The notes under the pieces are model-generated. The model was given only the letters and a program-made list of their open reading frames with translations. It searched no databases and was not told the origin of the DNA. The translations under genes were made by a program, and so were the position numbers. Shown here piece after piece: positions 11,839 to 25,898 of a DNA stretch of 64,000 nucleotides (its first letter is position 1; every line of letters begins with the position of its first letter). Location: contig CM120649.1 in the NCBI GenBank assembly GCA_051362555.1, forward strand, positions 10,850,001-10,914,000, read 5' to 3'. The DNA is from Lingula anatina (lineage: Eukaryota; Animalia; Brachiopoda).

Positions 11839-12917
11839 ATTCAAACATCACTATTCATATTATTTTGAATAAACCGTGAAATTTTCTTCAGTATACATAG
11901 TTATCATGTGGCAAAACTTACATGATTGATAATATGAAGAAATCTCATTGCATTTTTGTCCCAATCTTCACGTATCATCGTATAATTGTGTTTACGTCTC
12001 ACTGAGGGGCTTCTATAACGCAATTATCAGATTGAAATTGAAGTTCCAGTCATATTCTCTAACACAACGGATTTGTTATATGGGAGATATTAAGCAATGT
12101 GATGCAGAGTGCTTGTATACAGTTAATCAAGATTTTTTTTAGAAATATTTTATGGAGAGAGAGTTCGGGGTTTTTCTAACGCTAAACTTAATTGTGTATT
12201 TTCTTGATTCGGTTTGAAATACGACGCATTCGGCTTTTTCAGAGTAAAGATAAGAATTAAGATTGGAAAGTGGAAACCTCAAAAAATGAACACATATGAT
12301 ACTGAAAAATATTCATGAAAATAAGATTAATACTTTTTTAAGATCTTGTTGCCAGTTTTGCTTAATTCTCCACCATACTTGTTCGCAACTGACCCAAAAT
12401 GTACGAAAAATGCATAGTATTTGGGAATATTTTTTCTTCTCTGATAAGTGCGATACAGATGTCTTTTTTTCTCAGTACACGTACGAACGGCGCTGTTAGT
12501 ACTAGTACGTGTCCATTTGCAAATATTAGGAGAGGGATGTTTATGTACAAATACTGCTATCAGGATACTCGAGTTTGAAGTTGACTTTAAAGTCATTTAA
12601 AGCCTATATAGTAAATAATTTAAAATTCTACATCGACTTTTCATTTTCATATATCAAAATTCAGGGTTTTGTGTTTCGTCCACAGACTTTTAAGTCTTAA
12701 AAGAATGGTAGTAAACTTTTGCCCAGTAAAATTCATAACAATCATGTAAGCGAAAGAGCATAATTTATTATTTTAGATTTCATTTATTAGCTTGCGTCTT
12801 GTTGCATTTATACCGTTTACCTCATCCAAATGATTTAATGCACATCACCATAGTAAATATATTTAAAAAGAAATTAAAAAATGTAAAATTTAAACATCAA
12901 ATTTGAATCACCAGTTT

Positions 12918-13124
12918 CAGGCCTACCCAACTACCAGACTCGGCACCGAATGATCCTGAATTCACCGGTAAATCAGACCACACTACCCGTTTTCAAGGTG
13001 TGTGTCAGATCGCATTACCCAGTATCATACCCTGAACAAATTTTGAGTGGTGATGCAATGCTTTTCAACCCCGCTGAGAATCGTCACTATCACATCGTGT
13101 ACTAGGCAAGAGCGGTGTCGCGTC
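12918..13124 (-). mobile_element. Truncated copy of the long-TIR MITE at 53221-53513
   Basis: One ~87-bp TIR (CAGGCCTACCCAACTACCAG...) plus the internal region in reverse orientation; the second TIR is missing. Confidence 0.85.
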
Positions 13125-13178
13125 TGATACATTTATGTCGTTCCTTCCACTTTGATTTATCGACAACTTAATAGTCAC

Positions 13179-13388
13179 TGCATTCCCAGAGATTTAGATC
13201 GATCCATATGGATCGACCTAACTCCCTGAGGGTTCACGCTAAATTGCTGTCAGCCGAGCGCACGACAGTTGATTACCCATTACAGCTTTTAGTAGGCGGG
13301 ACAGACATTAAAGCCGGTTAAGCTAACACCAATATAGTGAGAATTCCCAGGGGGATAGGTCGATCTAAATATCTATGGGAATGGGGTC
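13179..13388 (-). mobile_element. Harbinger-type MITE (family of 48444-48658), opposite orientation
   Basis: Reverse-complement match ending GGGAATGGGGTC followed by TTA; left terminus clipped by a few nt. Confidence 0.8.
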
Positions 13389-13828
13389 TTACAGGGAGCC
13401 CCAACGTTCGACGCAGCCAACTGCAAAACTGATTAACTGAACTAAACAAAAGGGGGTGAACATGTGTAGAAATTGTGGAAGAAAAAAAATCTCTTGCAGC
13501 GTAATATCATGTCAGAGCCTACTTAAGAGGACCGGCCAGTTTAGTTTACCGTTAGATGTGCATAGGACCTTAGGGATTCAACGGAAAAACAGGAAATTAT
13601 AGTTCACAGTGAACGCTTTATTACCGTAATAAAATCATGGAGATTAAAACAAGTCCAGTTAAAATAATAAAAATAGATGTCCGACCTGACCTGTCTGTCC
13701 TAGAATTTTATGACTGATGAGATGGAAGATTACTGGGAATTAATGTATATATTCCTGGAAAAATAACATTTGAATTTGACTCATCTGTGAGTGGTTTAAC
13801 CAAGACCACGGGGTATCCGATGTGAGAC

Positions 13829-13862
<34 letters not shown>

Positions 13863-14053
13863 CCTGACTTTTTGTACAAGTGAATTAAATAATTAATATC
13901 ATAAAAGAAAATTATCCAGAATGTTTCAGGAGGGGTGTGGTGCGAAAGAAAAGAAAATATATCTACGTTTTGCTTGACGAATTAGACATAAGGTACATGT
14001 AGAAGGGTGATGGTGTTTGCGTTTGTCTGCTTGCACTTTGAATACTTTTCTTT

Positions 14054-14084
<31 letters not shown>

Positions 14085-15586
14085 GGGGCGGGGGGGGGGG
14101 GAGGGGGAGGAGGATGAGGGGGGCATAGACGTATACCCCTTGTGTCTCCCTCCCAAAACCAGCCGATCTGCCATTCAGTTAAAGTTCACCTTGATGAAGT
14201 TGAGATATACATAACCAAGTTGTACGTGATTTCATGAAAAATCATTGAAAGAGAGAAAAAAACATTGAAAATGAGCCGTATTTCCGTGTACTGTCTTGTA
14301 CATATAATCCCCCCCTTTTGGAGCCTCAGTGCAACTCAGTGTAATGTGAATGAGGGAGAGAAGTTTTATGAGGAGAAAGGGCAAAAATTAATGCAGTCTT
14401 GTGCATTAATAAATACCCCCTTATATTATTTGAGAGGAGAGTGACCAAGACCACGGGTGTCAGGGGTGTGTACTATGTGAGACTTCGATGAGACTTAGTT
14501 CATAGAACTCCTTGCTCACCGTAATAAACAAACGATGAGTTTGTCTGGGATAAATGATCATGTACAAAATATGTTAGCTGTACTCCGTATATTGAAGCTA
14601 AGATCTAATAAACGTTTGAAGTATTATGACAAGCTGCCTTTTACTTTTTAACACGAATGACGGTGCTACGTGAACCTTTCCTTTCACATTTTTTTTACCT
14701 TAAATTGTGATGTAATGTAATGATATTTATTCCATGAATACCGGTATTATCTATATCGGGCTAAAGGGTTATTTGTTAAATACTAATGGATGCAAAAGAA
14801 ATTCCATTGTTACGAACGCTTACAAACTTTATGCTTTTTTAAAACCATTAAAATACAAACAAAAATGATTTCTGAAGGATGTGGTTCCTTTCACAGCATT
14901 TTTATGCCATGTCTGTTTATGATTATTTATTAATGGGAGAATCATTTACAGTTACACACATATACATCTATTTGTATTGTTATATTCAATGGGCACAGAT
15001 CTTTTACTCGTAATGTTGTATGAAAAGTTGAGGGCCTTCATACGTGACAAAAATGACAACCTACGAATTCCACGGTAACTAATTATAAACTGAGAATAAC
15101 ATACCAGTAAACATGTCGGACATCAACCTGACTTCATAACTTAACTCACATCAAGCAGGTGCGGCAGATGTACGATTACTCTCATTTCAACTAGTCTCGA
15201 TTTTTGGGAAATACGATGGAACAGATTTCAGGCTATTTGAAATGTGAGGTTGTTTACGGTGTTAAATTTATGTTTTTCTAAGTGGCAACTCGACAATTTT
15301 CAATTTTTTAGTTGATTCGTAGGAGCTTTGATCTATTAGTATTTTTTCTCGTGCTGGGAATAAAGTAGGCTAATTAGCAAGCCCTCATATATCAGCATCA
15401 ATTACATAACAGTATGTACCATTATGAATCCTCTACCAGGGTCACGGAGAGTCTTTGTACACTAGATATTCATACATATTACACTCGCTATTTCTGTACT
15501 GTTCGACCAGAATCTTTAATAAAAAAAAAAAAAAATGACATCTTCACTCAAGTGACCTCTTGGCTGTTGTTTTAATTTTAAACTTT

Positions 15587-15715
15587 TTCTAAGAACCGTG
15601 GGCAGTTAGAATTTTCGTAGAGCCACTACAAAGAAATCCTGATGCACCTTGTTTTATAGAATCAGATAGTATAATCGGAAACTTTTCAAACAGTTACAAC
15701 ACAAATGCTATATAA
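15587..15715 (+). promoter_or_regulatory. Proximal promoter of copy 2: TTCN3GAA motif and TATA box
   Basis: TTCTAAGAA at 15587-15595; TATATAA at 15709-15715; donor after 15805. Confidence 0.6.
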
Positions 15716-16324
15716 GAGAGATAGATTTGCTTGTTTTCCATCACTGTTGTTCAACGGTAGAGATTCCCATCTACAGATACTAGCGCCGGACTTTTCTTGT
15801 TGAAGGTGAGAGATTTTCTTCGTGTTCGTATCGTAATATTTTTATTGGGCATTTAAAACTTTACACTTGTAGTTGTTCTTATATACATGGGTTTGTATGC
15901 ACTCTAAAATTAATACGTAAAACGTTTAAGTCGTCATTGATTAAGACAAATTCGTCTCAGTTGCTGTTACAAATGTTACGCAACTCCATTTTCAGCAGCT
16001 GAATGAAGCGCTGATGAAATGTTTCTGAAACCTTAGCGTCGGATTTTTGTCATTAGATTTAATTTTGAATACGATGTCGACTGTATTTTCCTTTAATGTT
16101 CACTATCAACTCGTCCTTAGACATTTATTCCAAACACTTTATGTCATCAAGTTTATATGGTGATTGTATGTACTGTACGTCTCTCCCCTGTATTATGTGA
16201 TCTAGGATAATGTTTTCCCGATGAATCGATAAACTAAAAAGCTCAAAATTTCGTTTAAAAACCTATTTGTTGAATTTTAGCGAATCTTTTTCACTCCAAC
16301 TTTCTCTCCACATTGCAGTTCACC

Positions 16325-16718
16325 ATGAGGCTGTACCTTTTGATAGCACTCTTACTGGCTGTTGTAGCCATGATGGTCCAGGAGGGAGACAGTTGGCCTA
16401 GGATTCGCATCAGACTTCCACGAGTTCGAAGGCAAAGAACTATTTTTGCTTATTTCTGATGTCAAAGTAATTTCCATGCATGGACATTGTTGTTAAAAAG
16501 ATAGTAAAGAGAAATATCTAAACAGTACGTTTGGTAACAAAAACAAAAATACCAATTTGAAAAGGATTTAAGTGATTTAGTGCACGTATTAAGTCAAAGC
16601 AAGCTAAATTGAAGAACTATATATGTTTTATTTCCAGAATAGTGGGGCGTGTAGTCAACTTTTGCAAAAACCGTCCGGTTACTTGTTACAGAGTCGCCAC
16701 TGGTGACGTAAGTACACA

Positions 16719-16778
<60 letters not shown>

Positions 16779-17856
16779 GGGAGAGGGTGAGGAGAGGAAG
16801 AGAGAGATGGGAGAGGAGAGAGAGAGAGATAAAATAAACAAGAGAGGAGAGAAGTTGGTGCTGTAAAACAGAGGGAGAGAAAATGAGAGGAAGAAAAGAT
16901 GGTCATCATAAGCGAGATTCCATGATTTTCAACAAAAACAAACTATAACAATATCAAATAATTTCAGGAAAATAAACTGCAGGCCATGATGAATGATCAG
17001 GACGGGGACGGCAAGATGGCGCTACATGAGATGGAAGATAAGGATCTGTTTGAGGAGCTTGACGCGAACGGTACGTTATAACGTACAATATATTACAAAT
17101 GACAAAAAGAAAAGAAAAAGGACGCCTTTTTCGTTGATGTATATACGGTAGTGTACATAGTAGTTTGCAGAGTTATTCCACAATATCATGAGTAAAGCGA
17201 ACAACGTCAGTGAAGCAAACACTTTGTTCAACACAATTTGTGCATTTTATAACTGAACTATATGTATATCACTTGGTGTTTATTTTTTTCTTTCAATATT
17301 GGAAGTTACTGTAGTATAAAGCAGGGAAAAATAATGTGACGTGTCATAATTATGCAAATTTTACTCAAAACTGTGGAGTGACTCGTTCACCTTTACGCCA
17401 GATGTCTTAAAAGTGATAAACGAAGCACTACGTCTTAGATATATACATATGATAGTTCTTCTTTCTTATTTTAGACGACGGATTCGTTGACCAAAAAGAG
17501 CTGGACAATCTCCAGGAACATTTTAATATGATAACAGGTCAGCCTCTCTCTCTCTCTCATTCAAACACACACACGCATGCACGCACGTGCAGACTCACAC
17601 ACACATGTGGGTTGGCTATATTAGTTCCAGAATATATGTATTGCCCATATATTTAATTTATCAAGTCTTCTTTTCGCACTTACACACGCAAATGGTTAAG
17701 TGAACTACAGATTTTTTTGTACCTATCCCTTTTTAAAACAGTCCTTCTATTCCAGCTCTGACCCAGGGTCAGTCCTCGGATGATGACCAGCTGGACGATG
17801 AGCTAAACGAAAAAGAACTCGCTGAACTTAAAGATCTCCTCAGCAATCAGCCTTAA
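16325..17856 (+). CDS. Secreted cationic-peptide/EF-hand precursor, copy 2 (147 aa)
   Basis: Coding exons 16325-16431 (GC donor), 16638-16707, 16968-17070, 17475-17537, 17756-17856. Cationic segment WPRIRIRLPRVRRIVGRVVNFCKNRPVTCYRVATG; exon 3 has an in-frame 18-nt deletion. EF loops DQDGDGKMALHE and DANDDGFVDQKE. Exon 1 donor after 15805; 3'UTR exon from 18380; AATAAA 18490-18495. Confidence 0.85.
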
Positions 17857-19087
17857 AAGGTAATATACTATGCAGATATATTTTACGAACTTAAAATCTC
17901 TCTCCAAAGTAAGACTTTGTAAATGTAGTTCATGGATTATCTTAAATTTAGGATATATACAATAGATAGATCCGCTGTGATGAAATTAAAGAATATCAAT
18001 GATGAATAACCAAAAATGTGTGATAGGAAACATTAAAAATTGTTCGCGAGGAGGGGGAGGGGAGGGGAAGGGAAGGGGGTTATCAAAACAAAATGGTGGC
18101 AGCGGCCATCGACATCGCATTTCACAAAACTGAAGAGAATACATACTCTGGGTCCATAAAACCATGTTACGTTATACTCTATTTCACCATTTCCCATAAA
18201 TCCCCCGGGCCCTTCGCGACCTTCCAATGAATTAACTCTCTGAGGGCACTTGATGTCGGGGGTGGGTGGGTGGGGAGGAGGGGGGGGGGGAGTAGAGGGA
18301 AGGGTATTTGTCTTCATAATATTCATTTTAATATCAAATTAACATACATGTTTTTATAATCTCTCATGTTCTTTTTCAGATACACAGAGGAGATTCAAGT
18401 CTGTTATTTTATGAAATGAGATTTATTTCCCTCATTTGACTTCTTTGGACATTGAGATTGCTGTTAACCAGACGCATTCTCACATTGAAAATAAATCAAA
18501 TGATTTCATCTTTTGTTGTTCATAGAGTATTGATGGTTTAAAAAATAGAAGCACACGCAGTAAAATGACATGTATGGAGTCAGCAAACAGGTGTCAATCA
18601 TGAAGTCAAGAGTCGCACTAATGCAATATCATTTCACCTGAATTAAAAAGTGAAACAATAGAATGATGATGTGATCCTGTGCAGAATTAATTAGTTAACG
18701 CTAAATTAAAATGTGAAGATTTATTTTATAAAGTAATATCTTTGATGACCATTCGTCCTTCTGATCGGTCTCTGATGTATACTGTGGATAAATGTCTCTC
18801 TAATTTTTTGCCATCTTTCAGTTTTAATAGCTGACTTCAGTCTTGTAAATATGAGCTTAAACAAATGATCTCTTTGATTTCCTCTGATATCCAGTGACCA
18901 CTCTTGTATCTATGTGTACTAACCCCGCGTTTTATACAATATGTACTTGAAATCTGCAATTGAATCTGTGCCTTTGCAGTGACCCAATTTTGGAAATTTA
19001 TATCACACCATTGATATTTTCTTTGTTTTTTCTTTATTTTTTTTATTATATATTACTTTTGTTCAATGTCACAGACAACTCAAATCA

Positions 19088-19534
19088 AACTAGAAAAGCA
19101 CCCCGACAGCGCAGACCTCCGTCAAGGCAGCAAAGTCTCCACCCAATGCCGTTTCACCCCTAAATTTTCATTCTATAATGATTTAGCTTTTTGATTTTTG
19201 ATTATTTTTAATTGATTGATTAATGATCCGGATCACCACCAAAAACTAATCATCTGTTCCTTGGCCCACTTTCAGTTCCTGAAAATTTCATCAAAATCGG
19301 TCCATAACCTAGTTTTTTTTTATTTTTGATTATTGATTATTGATTGATTATTGATCGGGATCACCACCAAAAACTAATAACCTCTTCATTGGCCCACTTC
19401 TGACAGTTCCTGAAAATTTCATCAAAATAGGTCCACAACTTTTTCTGTAAAGTTGCTGACAGACAGACAGACAGATAGATAGACAGACAGACAAACTAAC
19501 GGAACCAAAAACATAACCTCCTTGGCGGAGATAA
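19088..19534 (-). mobile_element. HINE/DINE-1-like element, same family as 7044-7416, present only in unit 2
   Basis: Reverse-complement similarity with an (ACAG)n tract and two core repeats. Paralogous sites near 11500 and 31430 are empty. A fragment also occurs at ~39732-39835. Confidence 0.8.
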
Positions 19535-21289
19535 TAAGAAATGCCTCCCCTGCTACATGTACGTACGAGTGGTTAAGTGGCGAGGTTAAGTGACGCGGTA
19601 AACGGAGCACTTGGTTTTCGCGGATTATCCGGACAGTTTCACTGGGTGAAATACAGCTTGTTCATCTTCTTTATTAACCTATGGCCGTCGTCTCCCATTA
19701 TGAATATGAATTTAAGATTTTTTTTTGCCATCTTTCTGTCCTCATTAAAAATTATTTCCTGCATCTGTACTTTCGACTTCAACTAATACAAAACCAAATC
19801 TAAAACACATGACGATTATGAAATTAAATCCAAAGAAATAAAATGACTAAAGTTCAAACGTAAAGATTATCTTGAATAAACCTTGATAGTTTCTTTAGTA
19901 AACATAAGCATTATGTGGTAAAACTAACATGATTGATAATATGAAGAAATCCCATTGCATTTTTGTCTCAATTTTCACGTATCAACGTCTTATTGTGTTT
20001 ACGTCTTTACGAGATATTAATCAATGTGGTGCAGAGTGCTTGTATACAGTTAATCAAGAATTTTTAGAAATATTTATAGCATGTGGCTGGAGACAGAGAG
20101 TTCGGGGTTTATATAACTCTAAACTTAATTGTGTATTTTCTTGATTTGGTTTGAAATACTACGCATTCAGCTCTTTCAGAGTAAAAGTAAGAATTAATGG
20201 GAAACCTCAGAAAATGAACATATATGCTACTGAAAATATTCATGAAAATAAAATTCATATTTTTGACATCTTGTCGACAGTTTTGTTTAATTCTCCACTA
20301 CACTTGTTAGCAACTGACCTAAAATGAACGAAAAATGCATGGTCTGTGAGATTAAATCGTTTATTGTTTTCTTCTCTGATAAGTGCGATACAGATGTCTT
20401 TTTTTTTCAGTACACGTACGAACGGCGCTGTTAGTACTAGTACGTGTCCACTTGCAAATATTAGGAGAGGGATGTTTATGTACAAATACTGCTATCAGGA
20501 TACTCGAGTTTGAAGTTAAAGTCATTTAAAGCCTATATAGTAAATAATTTGAACTTCTATATAGACTTTTCATTTTCATATATCAAAATTCAGGGGTTTG
20601 TTTTTCGTCTACAGACTTAAGAATGGTAGTAAACTTTTTCTCAGTAAAATTCATAGCAATCATGAAAGCGAATGAGCATAATTTATTATTTTAAATTTTA
20701 TTTATTAGCTTGGCTTGCATCTTGTAGCATTTGTACTTTTTACCTCATCCAAATGATTTAATGCACATCACCATAGTGAAAATATGTAAAAAGAAATTAA
20801 AAAATGTAAAATTTAAACATCAAATTTGAATCACCAGTTTGGTAAGCTCATGAAATAAAAAATACTATAAAAATACTATTATAAAATACTATTTTGTTTA
20901 TTCAGTGCATGCATTTGAAAATTGGGACACGACTTTTTCTAAAGAATTTATGCTGTCAGCAACATGTTTACTAACTGTGAAAGCATTTGGAGGTGCATTT
21001 GGAAAAAAGTCATTGTATCTTTTTTAAAAGAAGTCTTGAACATTACAAAAATAAAGAAAAAACTCAAAGGGGAAGTAAAAAAATTAAAATTATATAAATT
21101 TATAAACAATGTTCATCCCTATAACATTCACCTTGCAGAAATTGAAATAGGCATGTGAGTATCCGTGTTTCTTATTACGAGTGTTGTCATTACACACCTG
21201 TGTGCTCACTGTAAGGCTTTTTTCCTACTGTGCAGTTGTCTCTCCTTATCACAGGTCCCAATTTATCTTTATGTCTCCCCCCATGACGA

Positions 21290-21515
21290 GCCACAATGCA
21301 TCATAGCTGTCTACTCCCCCCTCCCCCATCACGAGCCCCATGTCATCTTAGTCGTTTCCCCCATCACGAGCCCCATGTCATCTTAGTCGTCTCCCCCATC
21401 ACGAGCCCCATGTCATCTTAGTCGTCTCCCCATCACGAGCTCCATGTCATCCTAGTCGTTTCCCCCATCACGAGCCCCATGTCATCTTTGTTGTCTCCCC
21501 CATCACGAGCCCCAT
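21290..21515. repeat. 35-bp minisatellite (CCCCCATCACGAGCCCCATGTCATCTTAGTCGTYT), about 6 units
   Basis: CATCACGAG recurs at 21327, 21362, 21397 and onward. The paralogous array at ~5430-5630 is more degenerate. Confidence 0.8.
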
Positions 21516-21785
21516 TTAACCTTTATTGTCACCCCTGTCCCCAATGGCTTGCCACCGAAGGGGGCGCGCGCACACACTCACACACATTACGAGCCCCAAT
21601 TCATCTTAGTTCTTAAAGCAAGCCGTCATACAAGCAGTGTGAGGATTCAGTGGGCGGGGATATCGAGGAGGGGTTTATGCTGTTACAATAAGGAGTGCAG
21701 TCCCTTGGAGCAGGAGCATAAGATACTAGTCACAGAAAGCGGTACATTTATGTGGTTTGTTCCACTCTGATTTATCGACAACTTA

Positions 21786-22000
21786 GGCTCTGTTCCCATA
21801 GATTTTAGATCGATCTATCCCCGCGGGGAGTCTCACTAGATTACTTTCAGATAATCCGACTTAAATGTCCGTCCCACCTACTACAAGCTGTAAGGAGGTA
21901 ATTAACTTTCGTGTCCGCCCGGCTGACAGTTATTTAGCGTGAACCCCCAGGGAGTTAGGTCGATCTAAAGTAGGTCGATCTAATCTATGGAAATGGGGTG
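21786..22000 (+). mobile_element. Harbinger-type MITE (family of 48444-48658), TTA TSD
   Basis: Colinear with 48444-48658; TTA at 21783-21785 and 22001-22003. The exact site is empty in unit 2 (GACAACTTAATAGTC at ~13162). Confidence 0.8.
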
Positions 22001-22991
22001 TTAATAGTCACTTATAGGGAGCCTCAGCATTCGACGCAGACAACTGACGGAACTGATTAACTGAACTAGACAAAAGGGGGTTTCAACGGAAAAACAGGAA
22101 ATGATAGTTGACGATGAATCCTTTATAATCGTGATAAAATCATGGGATTTAAAACAAGTTCAGTTTAAATATTAAAAATAGATGTCTGGCCCAACCTGAC
22201 TGTCCTACGAATTGATGAGAGATGAGATGGAAGATTACTGGGAGTTCTATATTCCTGAAAAAATAACATTTGAATTTGACTCATTTGTGAGGGGTTTAAC
22301 CAAAACCACGGGGTATCCGATGTGTGACAGTTATAGAAAATTATATATATTGCCTGACTCTTTGTACAAATAAATAAGATTTTTGTAAAAGTAAATCAAA
22401 TAATTAATATCATAAAAGAAAATTATCCAGAATTTTTCAGGAGGGGTGTGGTGAGAAAGCAAAGAAAATATATCTACGCTTTGCTTGACGCATTAGACTT
22501 AAAGTAGTAAGTGGGGTGATGGCTTGCGTTTGGCTCCTTGCACATTGAATATTTTTTTTCGGGGGAGGGGGGGGGGCATACACGTATACCCCTTGTGTCC
22601 CCCTCCCAAAACCAGCTGATCTGCCATTCCGTTAAAATTCACCTTGATGAAGTTGAGATATTCAAAAGCTACTTATGCGAGATTTCATGATATATCATTG
22701 AAAGTAAGCCGTATTTCCGTGTACTGTCTTGTGCATTGTATAGATCATCCATTCTCTCCCCTTTTGGAGCCTCAGTGCAACTCACGGGTGTTAGGGGTGT
22801 GTACTACATGTATGTGAGGCTTTGATAAGACTTCGTTCATAGAACTCCGTGCTCACCGTAATAAACAAATGATGGATTTGCCTTAGATTAATGCTCATGT
22901 ACAAAATCTTTATATTGAAGTTTTATGACACGGTGCCCTTTAGTTTTTTACTCGAAGTATGGCGCTACACCTTTCCTTTGAAATGTTTATT

Positions 22992-25898
22992 CAGCCCGGG
23001 AGCCACTGGCTGATTTGACGGTTATTTTGGAAAATATTAGATTTGGCCTCGTTTTCAAAACGTGGAGTGGTAGCCCCAAAAAAATTTGGCGGGAGACGAA
23101 GGCATAGAGACAGGTAAGTTGTACATGTGTTTGTGGAATGAACAGTAGATTTAAATACTAATGAATTTGACGGGACAATACAGTATATGCTTAAGTTACA
23201 TTTTATACACCGAATAAGTCTTCGTGTATCGATTTCACTGAGTATTCTCTAAAGTTACTGGCGATTAGCAAAATGGCCGCACACAAAACGTCATTGTAAA
23301 CATTGACTTTTGAACTGTGCCAAATGCAGCTTAAGGGTTTTTTTCTTTATCTGTTCCTGTTTTTTCATAGTTTGGCAATATTTTTTGAACATATCAAATT
23401 TTTAAGATGTGCGATGGCCTGTAATTTGTAGAATTTCAACATTTCCAACAAGCTGTATATTCACCGTGCCGGGTACCTATCATTTAGTTGATCGAGTGAT
23501 GGCAGTGGCTTTCTGGTCTCATGCATGGAATGAATGTCACCGTATAAGTGAAATGTTTGAATCTTGGCTTCTCATGCAATTTCTTCGTGTTTTAATGTGA
23601 AAAGGATGAAGTGGATTGCGAAATAACATTGTCATCCAACCTGCATACACGTATACGTATGTGCATATCGTGGTGTACCAGTACTTGTTTGCAAAGCGGT
23701 GGGGAGGGGGGGGGGGGGGGGGGGCATTGGTACCAGTAGTTGAGAAAGATACAGTATTGTAAACTAACCATAGGCATGTTTTGAAATATATGAATCGTAA
23801 ATTATGTCTTTTTTGCTGGGGGCGGGGGTTAAATGTATCAATTGTGTTAATTTTTTTAGAAAAAAAACATGTAAACACAAAATAACTTTTATTGCATTGG
23901 TTGGGGGTTTTGAGGAGAAGAATGTCATAAAAATGCAAGTTTAAAAAAGGTAAATAATATATGTATGTGTGTATGTACATTAAATGAAACAGGCTCTTCA
24001 ATGATGAGGGCATATGATAGTGATGTGGTGCTCTGACTTGCATGTGTTTTCTAATTTTTTCATGCCTTGATTCAAATTGGGTTTTTGAATTATGATGGGT
24101 GTGCAACTTTGCCCAAAGTTCAGTTTCAAATGTTTTTTTAATAATCACTGTTATGAATTAAGTATAAATAGTGCAGTTTAAGGTAAAGATTGTAAATATA
24201 GTGCTGTTCAAGATTGATTGTCACAGTTTACCTATTACAAAGATTGCAATAAATTATGATTAATTTCAGTGTGTATGTGTGTGAGCAGTGTTAGAAATTA
24301 AGGCTGGACCGTCTGCCCGGGGCAGACAACTTTCAGAACAGGCTGAGAAGTTTTCCCATTTTTTCCCATTCTGTCCAGCTACTTGTCAGGATGGCTGGAC
24401 CTTCGGTCCAGCAACTAATTTTCCTAAGAGGCAAACACTGTGTGTGAGCAATTGATAAATGTAGTTAGAATTTTTTATGATATTCTTTTAAAAACTCTAT
24501 TATTTATTCTAGGCTTGAATAGCATGAATGGGACCAGGATTATTCCTTTTGCCGTGCAATTATCATAACAAAAGCGCCCATCATTTCCAAATGCTGTGTG
24601 GCAATGAACACCACAACCTCTGGGATACTTCTAAGGGATGAAAAATATGTGCTCTTGCTAATATAAATAGTTATTGGTTATCAGTACATAGAAATGCAGT
24701 GAAATCAATTTAGGTTTTAACCACATGAAGTTAGTTAAAAGTGTATGGGCAACTAAGTTAACAATACATTGTTTTATTTTTACTGTGCAGGGTTTTTTTA
24801 TATATGTGTAGCTTATAGATAATATCTACTTATCAGAATACAAGTAAAACAAGTTTATTCAAATGCAAATATGGATTGATACCTGGTATCACTGAAAGAA
24901 AATTAACATGACATCTTTGGGAAAATTTATGAAATTATATTATTTGTAAAAATTCTGGTCCACTGTGTAAAGGGAAATTGTGTGTTAGATGGTTAAATAT
25001 ATATAAATGTGTACCAATCAAGTAAAGTAGCATTGAATTATCACCTACTGGGTAATTAATGTACAATGTAATGTAAAATAACTATTTTGCAATGTACATG
25101 TCTCACTGGTAAAATATTTCAGGCTAGTTGAATTTTATGTAAAATTAAAATAAAATATATAGCAATGTGATTAAATGTAAATTGTCTTTCATTTGTTTTT
25201 TTTTTTTCATATTTAATGAAAGGAATACCCTCATCAGTTGGCCTCATGTAATAAAAAGGTTTATCTACAATGAAAAAAAATGTTAAAGTTCATTTGTATT
25301 AGCACCGTGGTAAGTTCCAAGAAAAAAATTATTTCATTGTCCCCAATACCCAGTTGCTCTATATAAGTAATACTGTGTGAAGGAAAAACTAAAACGAGAC
25401 TGAAGCTCATGAGAAAGCACTAAGTCAAAGCGAGGCTTATATGCGGATATCGTAAGTGAGAGTTTTCAGGCTGACATGGCCGTGAATTGATTTGTGCCAT
25501 TCACAGCTTAAGGCAAAGTTCTTTACATGCTTACATTGACAGAAAGCTGAATAAATTTTCCACAACTTGTAGTAATTTCAAGTTGTGCGGAGGCCTCTAT
25601 AGGTACAAAAATCAAAATCAAAAACGAACTTCCGTAATAGCTTTAATAAAATTTCGATTTCAAACTCATTTTTCAACATTAAATATGCTGTAGATCAACT
25701 TTTGGGTCATCTCACATTATTCGAAATTTATTTCTCAATATGACAATGTACATATTGTAACCCCAAGTACGTTAATAGCCGAGATAATACACCGTTTATG
25801 ACACCCTATAAATCTAAAAAAATATTGCCCAATTCAAATTCTCGAACTTCCGGTTTGTTTAATAGCCACCTAGCGGCAGACCAGTGGCTCCCGGGCTG
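22992..25898. mobile_element. 2.9-kb non-autonomous DNA transposon, 18-bp perfect TIR, 3-bp TSD ATT (Academ-like by inference)
   Basis: CAGCCCGGGAGCCACTGG at the left end and CCAGTGGCTCCCGGGCTG at the right; ATT at 22989-22991 and 25899-25901. Absent from the paralogous site in unit 2 (~14690). No transposase ORF. Confidence 0.85.
24286..24440. mobile_element. hAT-type MITE nested in the 2.9-kb element, 8-bp TSD TGTGTGAG
   Basis: Termini CAGTGTT and AACACTG; TGTGTGAG at 24278-24285 and 24441-24448. Confidence 0.75.

Noticed and set aside
15676-15686. NF-kB-like GGAAACTTTTC upstream of the TATA box
   Set aside because: Poor fit to GGGRNNYYCC and altered in copies 1 and 3.
23537-24148. 203-aa ORF on the - strand
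   Set aside because: It lies inside the TIR element, crosses a poly-C run and has no recognisable domain or transposase motif.
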